39,870 bases of DNA from a virus, in the IMG/VR virus record IMGVR_UViG_3300013674_000001, positions 1 to 39,870 of that record, one strand, 5' to 3'. The position numbers and the translations under genes are program-made. Positions 16,627 through 24,768 of this stretch are shown here, piece by piece (within the stretch, counting starts at the first letter, position 1; each line of letters opens with the position of its first letter). The notes under the pieces were generated by a model that saw nothing but the letters and a program-made list of their open reading frames with translations, was not told the DNA's origin and ran no database searches.

Positions 16627-17907
16627 TTATGCGGTCCCAAATGCCTGCCCAGCGAAGAAGGGGTTTAAGACCGCATATGCAGGTCTAAAATCAAATCTCA
16701 CCATCTGCTGGTTTTCGCGGAAGCTGGTACCTTTTGAGACACGGAATTGCAGACCATCTTCTGTGGTTGCAATGGTGTCTGTCGAGTACAGCTTCTTGAT
16801 CGGTACGGAACCGATTGCGAACGCCTGTTTGTGCCAGAACAAGTTTGGCTGATAGGTGGTGGACTGCGCGCCGAGAATGGTCACAACGTCATTGTCCGCG
16901 ATTGCACTGTCGACCGTGTTGTAGGCGCCAGTCGCCTCGTTGATCGCAGGACCAGAGACCACCAGAGTGCCCGCACCGGCTGCCAGCGTCACATCAGAAG
17001 TCACCACGCCGGTCCAGACAACGTTGTTGCCCTGATCGTCGATGATTGCCTGACGTGTGGACAAGTTCAGTCGATTGCGCCCGGTGACCTGGATCATGGT
17101 CCCCGCCGGAATGGTCGGCGTGCCAGTGAAGCCATCGACAGCAATGCTCTGCGTCATTGTGTCTTTGGCAGTCAGGTATGTGCCATCTGGCGTACCGTTT
17201 ACCGCACCAACAAGGTCGCCCCCATAGCTGGGAGCAGTGTAGCTTGCCAGAGTGGTCGCGGTCATGACATCCATGCCAGCGAAGTTGCGGGCAATTGTCG
17301 CCATGGTGTGGGCATCGTAGATCAGATCCCCGGCTTCACCACCTGCGCCCAGCGAGCGCTGATTGCTTGCCAGACTACGCTGGGTATACGGGTTAACCGC
17401 ATAGTACCACATGCCGTCCATGGGAACGCCGTGCGATTGCATCACCGATCCGGCAAGTGCAACCTCGTCCCATGTGTTGACCGCTTGGCCGTGCGTGCCA
17501 GCCAAGAGGCCGGAATTGCGCATCATGAAACCAGCAAAGTCTAGCTCCAGATCGGTCACAATCCGTGTCGCCATGGGCGCCAAGAGTTTGTCGATCTGAT
17601 CCATTTCGACCGCTTCGGCTGCTTCGTTAAAGTTGACTTCCACAGTGAAGTAGTCTTGGATGGTACCAGTTGCCTTACCGGTGATAATGTCCGACGCAGT
17701 AGTGCCCGAAACGTCACCTGTAGCAGTCCGCACCGAACGGTAGTCAGTCGGGCGTTTGAAGTCCACGTTACTGCCAGTGTCAGGACGGAAACGCCCTTCC
17801 AAAAGCTGTGTGTCAACGTTTTTAGACATGACCCTGGCGGTCTCGAATTTCTCCAAAAATACGCGCGCCAGGTATCGCGTAAAGTTACTGTCAAAGTTGT
17901 TGGCCAT
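16627..17907 (-). CDS. Major capsid (coat) protein, P22 gp5-like family, 426 aa
   Basis: Position after the scaffold gene, size (P22 coat is 430 aa), SD TAAGGA, followed by a strong terminator. The C-terminal PNLFWHKQAFAIGSVP-type segment is typical of the P22-coat family. Confidence 0.85.
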   Translation of the reverse strand: MANNFDSNFTRYLARVFLEKFETARVMSKNVDTQLLEGRFRPDTGSNVDFKRPTDYRSVRTATGDVSGTTASDIITGKATGTIQDYFTVEVNFNEAAEAVEMDQIDKLLAPMATRIVTDLELDFAGFMMRNSGLLAGTHGQAVNTWDEVALAGSVMQSHGVPMDGMWYYAVNPYTQRSLASNQRSLGAGGEAGDLIYDAHTMATIARNFAGMDVMTATTLASYTAPSYGGDLVGAVNGTPDGTYLTAKDTMTQSIAVDGFTGTPTIPAGTMIQVTGRNRLNLSTRQAIIDDQGNNVVWTGVVTSDVTLAAGAGTLVVSGPAINEATGAYNTVDSAIADNDVVTILGAQSTTYQPNLFWHKQAFAIGSVPIKKLYSTDTIATTEDGLQFRVSKGTSFRENQQMVRFDFRPAYAVLNPFFAGQAFGTA

Positions 17908-17919
17908 AGCCGTGAGTCC

Positions 17920-18855
17920 TTACTCGAAGGTCGCACCCTTGGGGCCGCGCTGGCGTCTTCTGGTGCCAGCGCCGCCGCCCCTTTGATCCCTGTCAGGATC
18001 GGGCGCGGGTTTGTCTTTCGACTTGGGCCGCGCAACAAGCTTGGCTTCAAGTCTACCCAGTTCGAGGACGCCTTTCACGGGATTGGATTCAATCAAGCCT
18101 TTCAGGTCTTCTGCTTTTCCCGGATTCTTTCCGAGCCAGTACAAAATCACTTCCGACTTGTCCGAATTAGAAATCAACTGGTTGACCACTTCGTGACCAA
18201 GAATGCCAATGGCGTTGTCTTCGGTGTCGTCATAGTCGGGAACTTTCAACGCATCGGCACGGCGGTAATGGTCTTCTTGCCGACCACGTAGCTTGCCTTG
18301 CGTTTCTGTTTCCGTCCGAACCTGTTTCTGCGACTCTTGAGCTTTGGCCAGAACCCCGGCTGCTACGTGATCCTGAAATGCCTTCACGTATGCGGGATCT
18401 GCAATCCCATCGTCAAAGTCATTTGGATCAGGAGGCGCGTCTTTCTTTGATGCGTCCCCATTTTGGTTATCAAGCGCGATTTGCAACAATCTGTTGCGTT
18501 CTCGCTCGACTTCCAGCAGTCCTTCGGCTTCGGTTTTGCCCTCGTTCGCCGCGTCCACCTTTCGGTTTAGCTTGTTGATCCTCTTTCGGATTCCGCGATC
18601 ATCGTCCTTCGGGTGCGACCCGCCGTCACCATCGAGCGCAATCTCGAACTCTTCCTCGTCGTCGCCTTCACCAGATGAGCTATCATCGTTAGTGTCATCG
18701 TCGCCATCTTCAGCGTCGGTGTCGTCATCCTGATCCTCATTCAGAAGATCCTCGCGGGTGATTTCACCATCGCCGTCATCATCTTTGGTTTTATCCTCAA
18801 TGATGAGGGATTCGTCGTTATCTTGCTCTTTGAGTGCCGTTTCAGCTTTCGACAT
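17920..18855 (-). CDS. Scaffolding protein, 311 aa
   Basis: Lies between portal and coat. Highly acidic N-terminal region (DDDTDAEDGDDDTNDD...EGDDEEEFE), helical middle and a basic C-terminus. Size matches P22 gp8 (303 aa). Confidence 0.75.
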   Translation of the reverse strand: MSKAETALKEQDNDESLIIEDKTKDDDGDGEITREDLLNEDQDDDTDAEDGDDDTNDDSSSGEGDDEEEFEIALDGDGGSHPKDDDRGIRKRINKLNRKVDAANEGKTEAEGLLEVERERNRLLQIALDNQNGDASKKDAPPDPNDFDDGIADPAYVKAFQDHVAAGVLAKAQESQKQVRTETETQGKLRGRQEDHYRRADALKVPDYDDTEDNAIGILGHEVVNQLISNSDKSEVILYWLGKNPGKAEDLKGLIESNPVKGVLELGRLEAKLVARPKSKDKPAPDPDRDQRGGGAGTRRRQRGPKGATFE

Positions 18856-18994
18856 CTTTTAACCTCTGTAGATGCTAGAGTAAGGCGCAGCTTCGGGTAG
18901 CTATTCCTAGGCTTTGCCACCGGGTTCAAAGGGGGTCCCGTTCCCTATGCTGTGAATTTAACCCAAAACTGAAATTAGGGCAAATGGGTTGTTT

Positions 18995-19022
18995 TCTGAA
19001 GGAAGGGCGACCGAAGCCGCCC
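18995..19022 (-). terminator. Stable hairpin / weak terminator after the 62-aa gene
   Basis: Minus-strand RNA: GGGCGGC-UUCG-GUCGCCC (7 bp including one G.U, UUCG tetraloop), then UUCCUUC. On the plus strand the same position is an A.C mismatch, which supports minus-strand function. Confidence 0.5.
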
Positions 19023-19028
19023 TCAGTG

Positions 19029-19217
19029 TTAGGTGAAGTTGGCCTTCACGGCCCACATTGCGGCTTGCTCGTAGTTCGTCAGCGCGAGGCTGCGGCACCG
19101 ATTTTCCGGTACGTTGTCGCGCAGATAATCCATCAAATCTTCTGTGCGCTGCTTGATGCCAGCAACAACATCAGAACCAGACGGATTGAATTCGGGAATA
19201 GTGGTTTCGTTACCCAT
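19029..19217 (-). CDS. Hypothetical protein, 62 aa
   Basis: Strong SD (AAGGAGcaagctATG). Ends with a helix motif, SLALTNYEQAAMWAVKANF, of a type I have seen in many small phage proteins of unknown function. Confidence 0.75.
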   Translation of the reverse strand: MGNETTIPEFNPSGSDVVAGIKQRTEDLMDYLRDNVPENRCRSLALTNYEQAAMWAVKANFT

Positions 19218-19279
19218 AGCTTGCTCCTTGGGTTGGCCCGTTGACCCTCAGGCGGGGGAAACGCCGTATTGGCGAATTA

Positions 19280-19483
19280 CTATAAGGATGTCATTGATTT
19301 TCTGTATTTGCAATAAGCCTTTGGAAAACCCAATATAAACCCAAGCCACTCTCTAAATCCTCTAGGATTAACGTATGATATAGACGTTTCCGTAAACCAT
19401 AGAATTCCGGTTCCCGAAAATCTTGGCTCTCGCCTTTTGTCTTCGGAAGGTTTAGGCGAAAATTGTATTTGATCCAGGTCCAT
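19280..19483 (-). CDS. Hypothetical protein, 67 aa, in an AT-rich island
   Basis: ATG 19483 preceded by AAGAGGAA. Starts 18 nt after the portal stop. Noticeably AT-rich with rare codons (ata, aga, agg). Confidence 0.5.
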   Translation of the reverse strand: MDLDQIQFSPKPSEDKRREPRFSGTGILWFTETSISYVNPRGFREWLGFILGFPKAYCKYRKSMTSL

Positions 19484-19501
19484 CGTATCTGTTCCTCTTA
19501 A

Positions 19502-21646
19502 TTACTGCGGTCTGTTCTGATTAATCGGAAACTGGCGCAATTGCTCTCTGGCGCGCTGCCGCGTCTCCTGCAAAAGCTTCACGCCAGTTTGACGAACTTT
19601 TTCTTGCTCGTTGCCAATCTCTGCTATTGTCTTGGCTGTCTGAGCTTCTTTCAGGGCCGTGTTGGCAACCTTCTCTGCGCTTGCTGCATCGAGATTCCGC
19701 GCTTCTGCAAGTGATTGCTGCGTGGCTGCTTCGATAAGCTCTGCCTGCGGATTGGGCGCCCCTGCGGCTTGGGCCAACTGCTGAGCAAATTCGATTTCCT
19801 CATCGGTTTTCGGTTCCTTCAGTCCTAGCTCGATCATCTTGCGATTATTGAAATCCTTGAGTGGTCCAAGACCGGCACCCGTGATGTTATCCATCAGAAC
19901 CGCCAAGGCAATCGGCATATACTGCTCACCGCCCTGAACATTGGGCAGCAATTCCATAATGCCCTTCATGTCCTCGACAGTCTGCTCGCGCTGTGTTTCG
20001 TATTGCGGTCCGACATCTGCGTACGACTTGAATTTCTTTGTGCGCAGATCGTTGCTTTCAACAAACTGGCCCGTTTGTTGGTCCATTACGCTTTCGAGAA
20101 GTCCGACCTCTCCCTCAGTGCCATCACGCTCGAGGGTGCGCTTTATGCGTGGGGTTGTGTAAATCTCTTGGGCCATGGCCTGATAGATTTCACCTGACCA
20201 TGCGATTGCGGTGTCAATGTTTTCGCTGACAACCTGCGTGTTCATGTTCTCACGCTTCATGAGTTGCGCAAGAGCTTTTCCGCTGGCCTCTTTGTCGATC
20301 GCCTCCCCCGCTACAAATCCGGTTTGCTCCTGAATGTATGCCGGGATAATCCCAAGAAGGCTTGTTGTGGATTGGTCCAAAGCTGCGGGCTTGTTGTATC
20401 CAAGCGGACCCATAGCAACAATATTTCCCTCTTCATCGGTGGCATTGTCCACCATGAGAAATGGCTTGTTGTTCTTGTCAGCCCAAATTTCAGAAATGTC
20501 TTGGTTTTCAACCTGCTCGCGGGTAAAAATCGGGACTTCCTGACCCGCTGATGCGCTGTTCTCCGCCAGCTGGGACACCTGCACGTTGTACAGGCGTTGA
20601 GCGTCCTTCATCTTGCGCACCAACCCCCGATAGCGCTCCGTTCCATCAACAAAAGCTCGGTACCCGTATCCAGTAACGACAGGAATGTATTTTCCTGCAA
20701 CACGCTTGGTTTTGCGCAGGATCTCGGTCCCACTGAATACGGTGCGCTCGCATGTCTGGTGAATAACCGTGCGCTCTCTGACAAATGTGCGCGTTTCGTC
20801 GTCGGCCAGTTCGTCCTTGATTTTGTCGTGATCTTCCTTGGAATACGTCTCAACCTTTTCGGTTGCCAGATTGTTGTAAACAAATGCAGTTGTTTCTTTT
20901 CGGACAATCTCATAGCGCGTGGCGATGTAATAGATTGGGATGTCGGCAGTTGCGCCTATGCCACGCCGACCAAAGTCCCTACTTTCAGGCGTGTATGCGC
21001 TAACAGGCTGATGACCTGGAAACTCTTTTTCAAAGCTTGCATCCGTGTATTGGGTTAGGACCGTGCAGTGTCCCGCATCGCGCTTGTCGATGCGCAAAGC
21101 CGACTGATCCCAGTACACGGTGTTGTAGCTGTTGTAGATGGGTTTCCATTCAATGTGCTGGTTTTCGTTTTCCGGGTCGCTGTCGTCGTCAAACTCGTTA
21201 GCCAGCCGCCAAGATCCCACTCCAACAGTGGCGATTTCCATGATGGCGTTGTCTACGGCTATCTTGCCTGAGTAATCCCGAAAGTCAGACCTGTATATAC
21301 CGTTAAGAAGATCTGAATCCTTGGTGGTCGTCCCCCTGTCGTCTGGCTTAAATACAACGCCCGTGGGGTTCTGGTTTCGCTCGCCCAGAAATCTTTGAAG
21401 GGGGTTCGAAACGATATCCAGCTCAAGCCTTACGCGGTCCTCGTGGTCAAACACATCCTCAAACCAGTCTTCCCACATGCCGCCGTCTACGTTGACAAAG
21501 CGCATATCCTCATTGGCCTTGTCGCGCTGATCGTCCATTGCATCCGCATCGCTTTCAATGTCGCGCTTGAAGCGCTCAAGCATTTGCTGCTCTTCGTCTG
21601 TCATCTGAACGTTTGGATCGAGAGATGTCTTGGTCTTGCGGGCCAT
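19502..21646 (-). CDS. Portal protein, P22 gp1-like, 714 aa
   Basis: Size (P22 portal is 725 aa). N-terminal pattern MWEDWFEDVF...RVRLELDIVSNPLQRFLGERNQNPTGVVFKPDD...LLNGIYRSDFR parallels P22 QWDDWLSQY...[21 protein letters not shown]...VLMGMYRTDMR. Long C-terminal Q/A/E-rich helix, as in the P22 portal barrel. Confidence 0.9.
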   Translation of the reverse strand: MARKTKTSLDPNVQMTDEEQQMLERFKRDIESDADAMDDQRDKANEDMRFVNVDGGMWEDWFEDVFDHEDRVRLELDIVSNPLQRFLGERNQNPTGVVFKPDDRGTTTKDSDLLNGIYRSDFRDYSGKIAVDNAIMEIATVGVGSWRLANEFDDDSDPENENQHIEWKPIYNSYNTVYWDQSALRIDKRDAGHCTVLTQYTDASFEKEFPGHQPVSAYTPESRDFGRRGIGATADIPIYYIATRYEIVRKETTAFVYNNLATEKVETYSKEDHDKIKDELADDETRTFVRERTVIHQTCERTVFSGTEILRKTKRVAGKYIPVVTGYGYRAFVDGTERYRGLVRKMKDAQRLYNVQVSQLAENSASAGQEVPIFTREQVENQDISEIWADKNNKPFLMVDNATDEEGNIVAMGPLGYNKPAALDQSTTSLLGIIPAYIQEQTGFVAGEAIDKEASGKALAQLMKRENMNTQVVSENIDTAIAWSGEIYQAMAQEIYTTPRIKRTLERDGTEGEVGLLESVMDQQTGQFVESNDLRTKKFKSYADVGPQYETQREQTVEDMKGIMELLPNVQGGEQYMPIALAVLMDNITGAGLGPLKDFNNRKMIELGLKEPKTDEEIEFAQQLAQAAGAPNPQAELIEAATQQSLAEARNLDAASAEKVANTALKEAQTAKTIAEIGNEQEKVRQTGVKLLQETRQRAREQLRQFPINQNRPQ

Positions 21647-21677
21647 CAGTGAACCTTAAACGAGCAATAGTTGCGCG

Positions 21678-21706
21678 ATTATTGCATTCAAAGCCCTTGC
21701 AATCAA
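21678..21706 (-). promoter_or_regulatory. Candidate late promoter TTGATT-N17-AATAAT upstream of portal
   Basis: Minus-strand reading: TTGATTgcaagggctttgaatgcAATAATcgcg. The spacer contains the inverted repeat ATTGCA-N11-TGCAAT. Lies between the terminator at 21712..21754 and the portal ATG. Confidence 0.4.
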
Positions 21707-21711
21707 TACGC

Positions 21712-21754
21712 ATAAAAAGACCCGACTGGCACCGTCAAGGTTCTGCCAGCCGGG
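21712..21754 (-). terminator. Rho-independent terminator ending the TerL-proximal cassette
   Basis: Minus-strand reading: CCCGGCTGGC-(14-nt loop)-GCCAGTCGGG (10 bp with one G.U) followed by TCTTTTTATGCG. Confidence 0.7.
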
Positions 21755-21828
21755 CGTGAGTGGTATTGAGGCACAGATACAGAGTATCGTGATAGGTGAG
21801 TTAGGTTAGGCCCATGTGCGCCGGGGTG

Positions 21829-22074
21829 TCAATCCCGTTTCTCTCGTTCGCGCATCATGGCGTCAGCCGCTATGTAGGCCCCTTCCGCAATACCTCTCCA
21901 AAAGCGATAAAGTGCCTCTCGCTCTGTTTCGCCTTTGCGCATGTCGATAGGATCACCGCTGTAGGCAGCTGCCTCTAGGATTTTCATCGCGAACTCGTCC
22001 CGCAGCGTCTTTCCATCATGAAACAACGTTATTTCACCGGGTTTGTGTAGGTTAGTATCACTGATATCAATCAT
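21829..22074 (-). CDS. Hypothetical protein, 81 aa
   Basis: The track ORF starts at a TTG (22077). The ATG at 22074 overlaps the upstream stop (TGATG). Contains LRDEFAMKILEAAAYS. Confidence 0.7.
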   Translation of the reverse strand: MIDISDTNLHKPGEITLFHDGKTLRDEFAMKILEAAAYSGDPIDMRKGETEREALYRFWRGIAEGAYIAADAMMREREKRD

Positions 22075-22250
22075 CAATCTGTCCTCGCTTTGGGGCGCAG
22101 AGACTTGCTCGGCGCGGTTTCATTCGGTTGCTGGTGTTCGTGGCACATGAACTCAACCTGGTCCATGTCGTAGAGGCCGGCGTCGTGCGCGAAGTCCTGG
22201 CACTCGTCCCACGAATTGAAGGTGAGGATAATCACGTAGAGAGTTTTCAT
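22074..22250 (-). CDS. Hypothetical protein, 58 aa (below the ORF-track cutoff)
   Basis: Hand translation: MKTLYVIILTFNSWDECQDFAHDAGLYDMDQVEFMCHEHQQPNETAPSKSLRPKARTD. Both ends are coupled to their neighbours by TGATG overlaps. Confidence 0.55.
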   Translation of the reverse strand: MKTLYVIILTFNSWDECQDFAHDAGLYDMDQVEFMCHEHQQPNETAPSKSLRPKARTD

Positions 22251-22786
22251 CAGATTTCCTGCAGCTCGATCACGTCCCCGTTCTCATTGGTGAACGTGCC
22301 GGTGACCGCAAGTCCATCCTTGATGGTGAGAGTAAGTTTGCGTTCATCGCTATCAACTTGCGTCGGAGTCCACGTGACATTAGAGCCGTACAGCTTCACA
22401 GTCTCAACAACTGGTTCTACTACCTTGATACGATAGCGAAGCACATCTGAATCGAAGCTGGGATCTCCGGGGAACGTATGCCACCCCAAATCGTCAACAT
22501 AATATTCAATTTTGCTCCCTTTCTTAGCCGCCAACAACAGCGCGCCCTTCTCAGCGTCTGTCATTTCACCCCACGGGCGCGGCCCGTGGATCAATTCGGC
22601 TATGAGATTGCATTGTAGGTGCTGGTCGTGACCCTCATTCTTAACGGATTCGCCATTTTTCTTAAAATGCCCCAAAGGCGGCACGACCCAAGGATAACTG
22701 TCACCAGGATAATCGGGTGAATAAACAGCGGGACCACCAATGGCATCATTCCCATTTCTGTAAAACTTCCCGGTTTTAACTTCCAT
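22250..22786 (-). CDS. Hypothetical protein, 178 aa
   Basis: Track ORF trimmed to ATG 22786, preceded by GAGAGGGAAAG. Contains PWGEMTDAEKGALLLAAKKGSKIEYY. I recognise no family. Confidence 0.75.
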   Translation of the reverse strand: MEVKTGKFYRNGNDAIGGPAVYSPDYPGDSYPWVVPPLGHFKKNGESVKNEGHDQHLQCNLIAELIHGPRPWGEMTDAEKGALLLAAKKGSKIEYYVDDLGWHTFPGDPSFDSDVLRYRIKVVEPVVETVKLYGSNVTWTPTQVDSDERKLTLTIKDGLAVTGTFTNENGDVIELQEI

Positions 22787-22830
22787 GTTCTTTCCCTCTC
22801 GTTTCTGTAGGCGCAAGTAGGTGGTGGGGG

Positions 22831-22974
22831 TTAGTCATCTTTATGTTGCCGTTTCATTTTGCGATAATGACGCCAATTGTAAAATCTTGCCCACGCAAAA
22901 AAGAATGCGCAAAATAAAATTACCAAGCCCATCCAAATTAAACCTACAATCTCTCCAAGTGTGTAAATAAACAT
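22831..22974 (-). CDS. Tiny membrane peptide, 47 aa (below the ORF-track cutoff)
   Basis: Hand translation: MFIYTLGEIVGLIWMGLVILFCAFFFAWARFYNWRHYRKMKRQHKDD. GGAG lies 9 nt upstream. AT-rich island directly behind the promoter at 23002..23030. Confidence 0.5.
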   Translation of the reverse strand: MFIYTLGEIVGLIWMGLVILFCAFFFAWARFYNWRHYRKMKRQHKDD

Positions 22975-23001
22975 CTCGTCTACTCCTGTGCTTCTACAGG
23001 T

Positions 23002-23030
23002 AATATATAAGCTACCGCTTACAGCGTCAA
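23002..23030 (-). promoter_or_regulatory. Candidate sigma70-type promoter TTGACG-N17-TATATT
   Basis: Minus-strand reading: TTGACGctgtaagcggtagcttaTATATTacctgTAGAAGCAcaggagtagacgagATG. Starts 3 nt after the TerL stop codon. Confidence 0.5.
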
Positions 23031-23032
23031 CC

Positions 23033-24367
23033 CTACCCCAACCTTTTTGCGCGGGGAATGTGCAGTGCTTTCTTCTCCTTCTTGGGGCGCGTCATTTTGG
23101 GAAACAGTTCAGTCATCACCCACACAAGAGCGTCCATACGGTCTGGTGAATAGCCCTGTTCCTTGCGATCAAAGCCCGATGTAAAGCTGCACATCTGGTC
23201 AACCAGTTCGGGCAGTTCTTTTGCGTGTCGCACCTTCTCTTGCTCGTAGAGTGCCGCGATCGGCTCCGCGCGAATATGCTTGCCGCGTGTAGCCGTGACA
23301 AGTTTAACGGGTATAGTTCTACCACGCGCGACAGATCTAATAGTGGCCTCTACCATTTCTCCCCCCTGGTTCTTCTCTGCGACAATGCAATCAGCATCGA
23401 GAGTGTCGTATAGCGATATGGCTTTCCGCGCCCACTCTTCGGGGCGACAAACCCCGCTTTCATCTTCCAGCACGTATCCTCGTCCGTTTGACAGCCCCCC
23501 AGCCACGATACCAGTTTCATTGCTTCCTACCTCTGACGAAATGGCCGGATCGATGGCCACCACAATGCGCTCAAGTTCCGGGGGTGTGTCTATCTTAATC
23601 CACTTGCGGCGCCACAGTGCGTTGTCATCGTCTGCCGTGAATACACCGTCAAAGAATCTGCGGCGCTGTCGCTCTGAGAGATTCTTGAGGCTTTCAATAT
23701 ACTCAGGAGATAAGTTGTCCGCATTGTCGATGGGGTTCACCGTCATGTAACGGTAGTTTTCTTCGTAGTCCGGTATTTCGCGCTTGCTCGGGTCGGCTGG
23801 ATCAACGCCGAGAACAAACATCTGATAAGTCCAGTGCGCAGATGTGGTGGGGTTCAGGTCGATGTACATCTTTTGCTTTAGAATGTTGCCATTGATGTCT
23901 TTGACCACCTGCGCCAAGCGAGATTTCACAAGCTCAAATGCGGTCATGACAATCTGAGACGCTTCGTTCAGGTAGATGGTCACATATTCGCGGCCAAGAA
24001 CCTTATCCAAGCGCTCTTTGTCCTTGAGGCCGGCGAGCCAAATTTGAGACCCATTCGGGAAAGCAAAGTATCCGTCCTTTTCCTTCCACTTGATGACAAG
24101 TCCAGGAAAGGCCAGATCGACCACAGTGGGAATCGTCTCGTTGCCGACCGATTGCTTGGTATCAACACCGTCATTGCGAAATATGGCGTGGCGAGATCCA
24201 GGCGCCTTTAGCGCTCTTACAATGATACTGTAGCAGATGAAGAATGTTTTTCCTGACCTAGACCCACCATAGACCAGGAAGTACCGAGCTGCAGTGCTGA
24301 ATACCGCGCGAACTTCTTTCTGCTTCTCGGTAAGCGTAAAGGTGTTTTGGTCTGGGATGGCATTCAC
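23033..24367 (-). CDS. terL: Terminase large subunit, 444 aa (GTG start)
   Basis: Walker A motif YGGSRSGKTFF. The C-terminal nuclease-type region VAIDPA...CIVAEKNQGGEM is typical of PBSX/P22-type TerL. GTGA overlap with the TerS stop. Confidence 0.9.
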   Translation of the reverse strand: MNAIPDQNTFTLTEKQKEVRAVFSTAARYFLVYGGSRSGKTFFICYSIIVRALKAPGSRHAIFRNDGVDTKQSVGNETIPTVVDLAFPGLVIKWKEKDGYFAFPNGSQIWLAGLKDKERLDKVLGREYVTIYLNEASQIVMTAFELVKSRLAQVVKDINGNILKQKMYIDLNPTTSAHWTYQMFVLGVDPADPSKREIPDYEENYRYMTVNPIDNADNLSPEYIESLKNLSERQRRRFFDGVFTADDDNALWRRKWIKIDTPPELERIVVAIDPAISSEVGSNETGIVAGGLSNGRGYVLEDESGVCRPEEWARKAISLYDTLDADCIVAEKNQGGEMVEATIRSVARGRTIPVKLVTATRGKHIRAEPIAALYEQEKVRHAKELPELVDQMCSFTSGFDRKEQGYSPDRMDALVWVMTELFPKMTRPKKEKKALHIPRAKRLG

Positions 24368-24759
24368 AGTTCGCTGTCGTCTTTAGCAATGATAATGGTC
24401 GGCGCGCGCTGGTCGTTGTCCTTCTCAAACAGACCAAGGTGACGAGATAGCTTATCCAGCGCATTCAGCTTATCTTTGTTGGAAAGAAACGTCTCGTTAT
24501 CTGGGGTGTGGGAAGGCGTGAAGGCAATATCTGCGATTTCCTGCAACACGCGCTCACGGGTAATTTCCAGCTTTTCGGCAGCCTTGGCTTGCGCCTCAGC
24601 AATGGCATTTTGAATGTGAAGTTTTGTCAATAGCTGATAACCTATCTGCCGCGCTGTTTTTGCGCTGTACCCTGCTCTGATTGCAGCCTGAGTTGCGTTC
24701 AGGTCGATAAGATACTCCTGCACAAACCTGGCTTCCTTTTTGGTGAGCTTATTGGGCAT
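24364..24759 (-). CDS. terS: Terminase small subunit, 131 aa
   Basis: The N-terminus KKEARFVQEYLIDLNATQAAIRAGYSAKTARQIGYQLL is the classic HTH signature of Terminase_2-type small subunits. Directly upstream of TerL. Confidence 0.9.
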   Translation of the reverse strand: MPNKLTKKEARFVQEYLIDLNATQAAIRAGYSAKTARQIGYQLLTKLHIQNAIAEAQAKAAEKLEITRERVLQEIADIAFTPSHTPDNETFLSNKDKLNALDKLSRHLGLFEKDNDQRAPTIIIAKDDSEL

Positions 24760-24768
24760 TCGTTTCCC

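Noticed and set aside
16747-18291. Plus-strand ORFs of 265 and 211 aa and a minus-strand 164-aa ORF
   Set aside because: These are shadow ORFs inside the coat and scaffold genes, whose identities are well supported.
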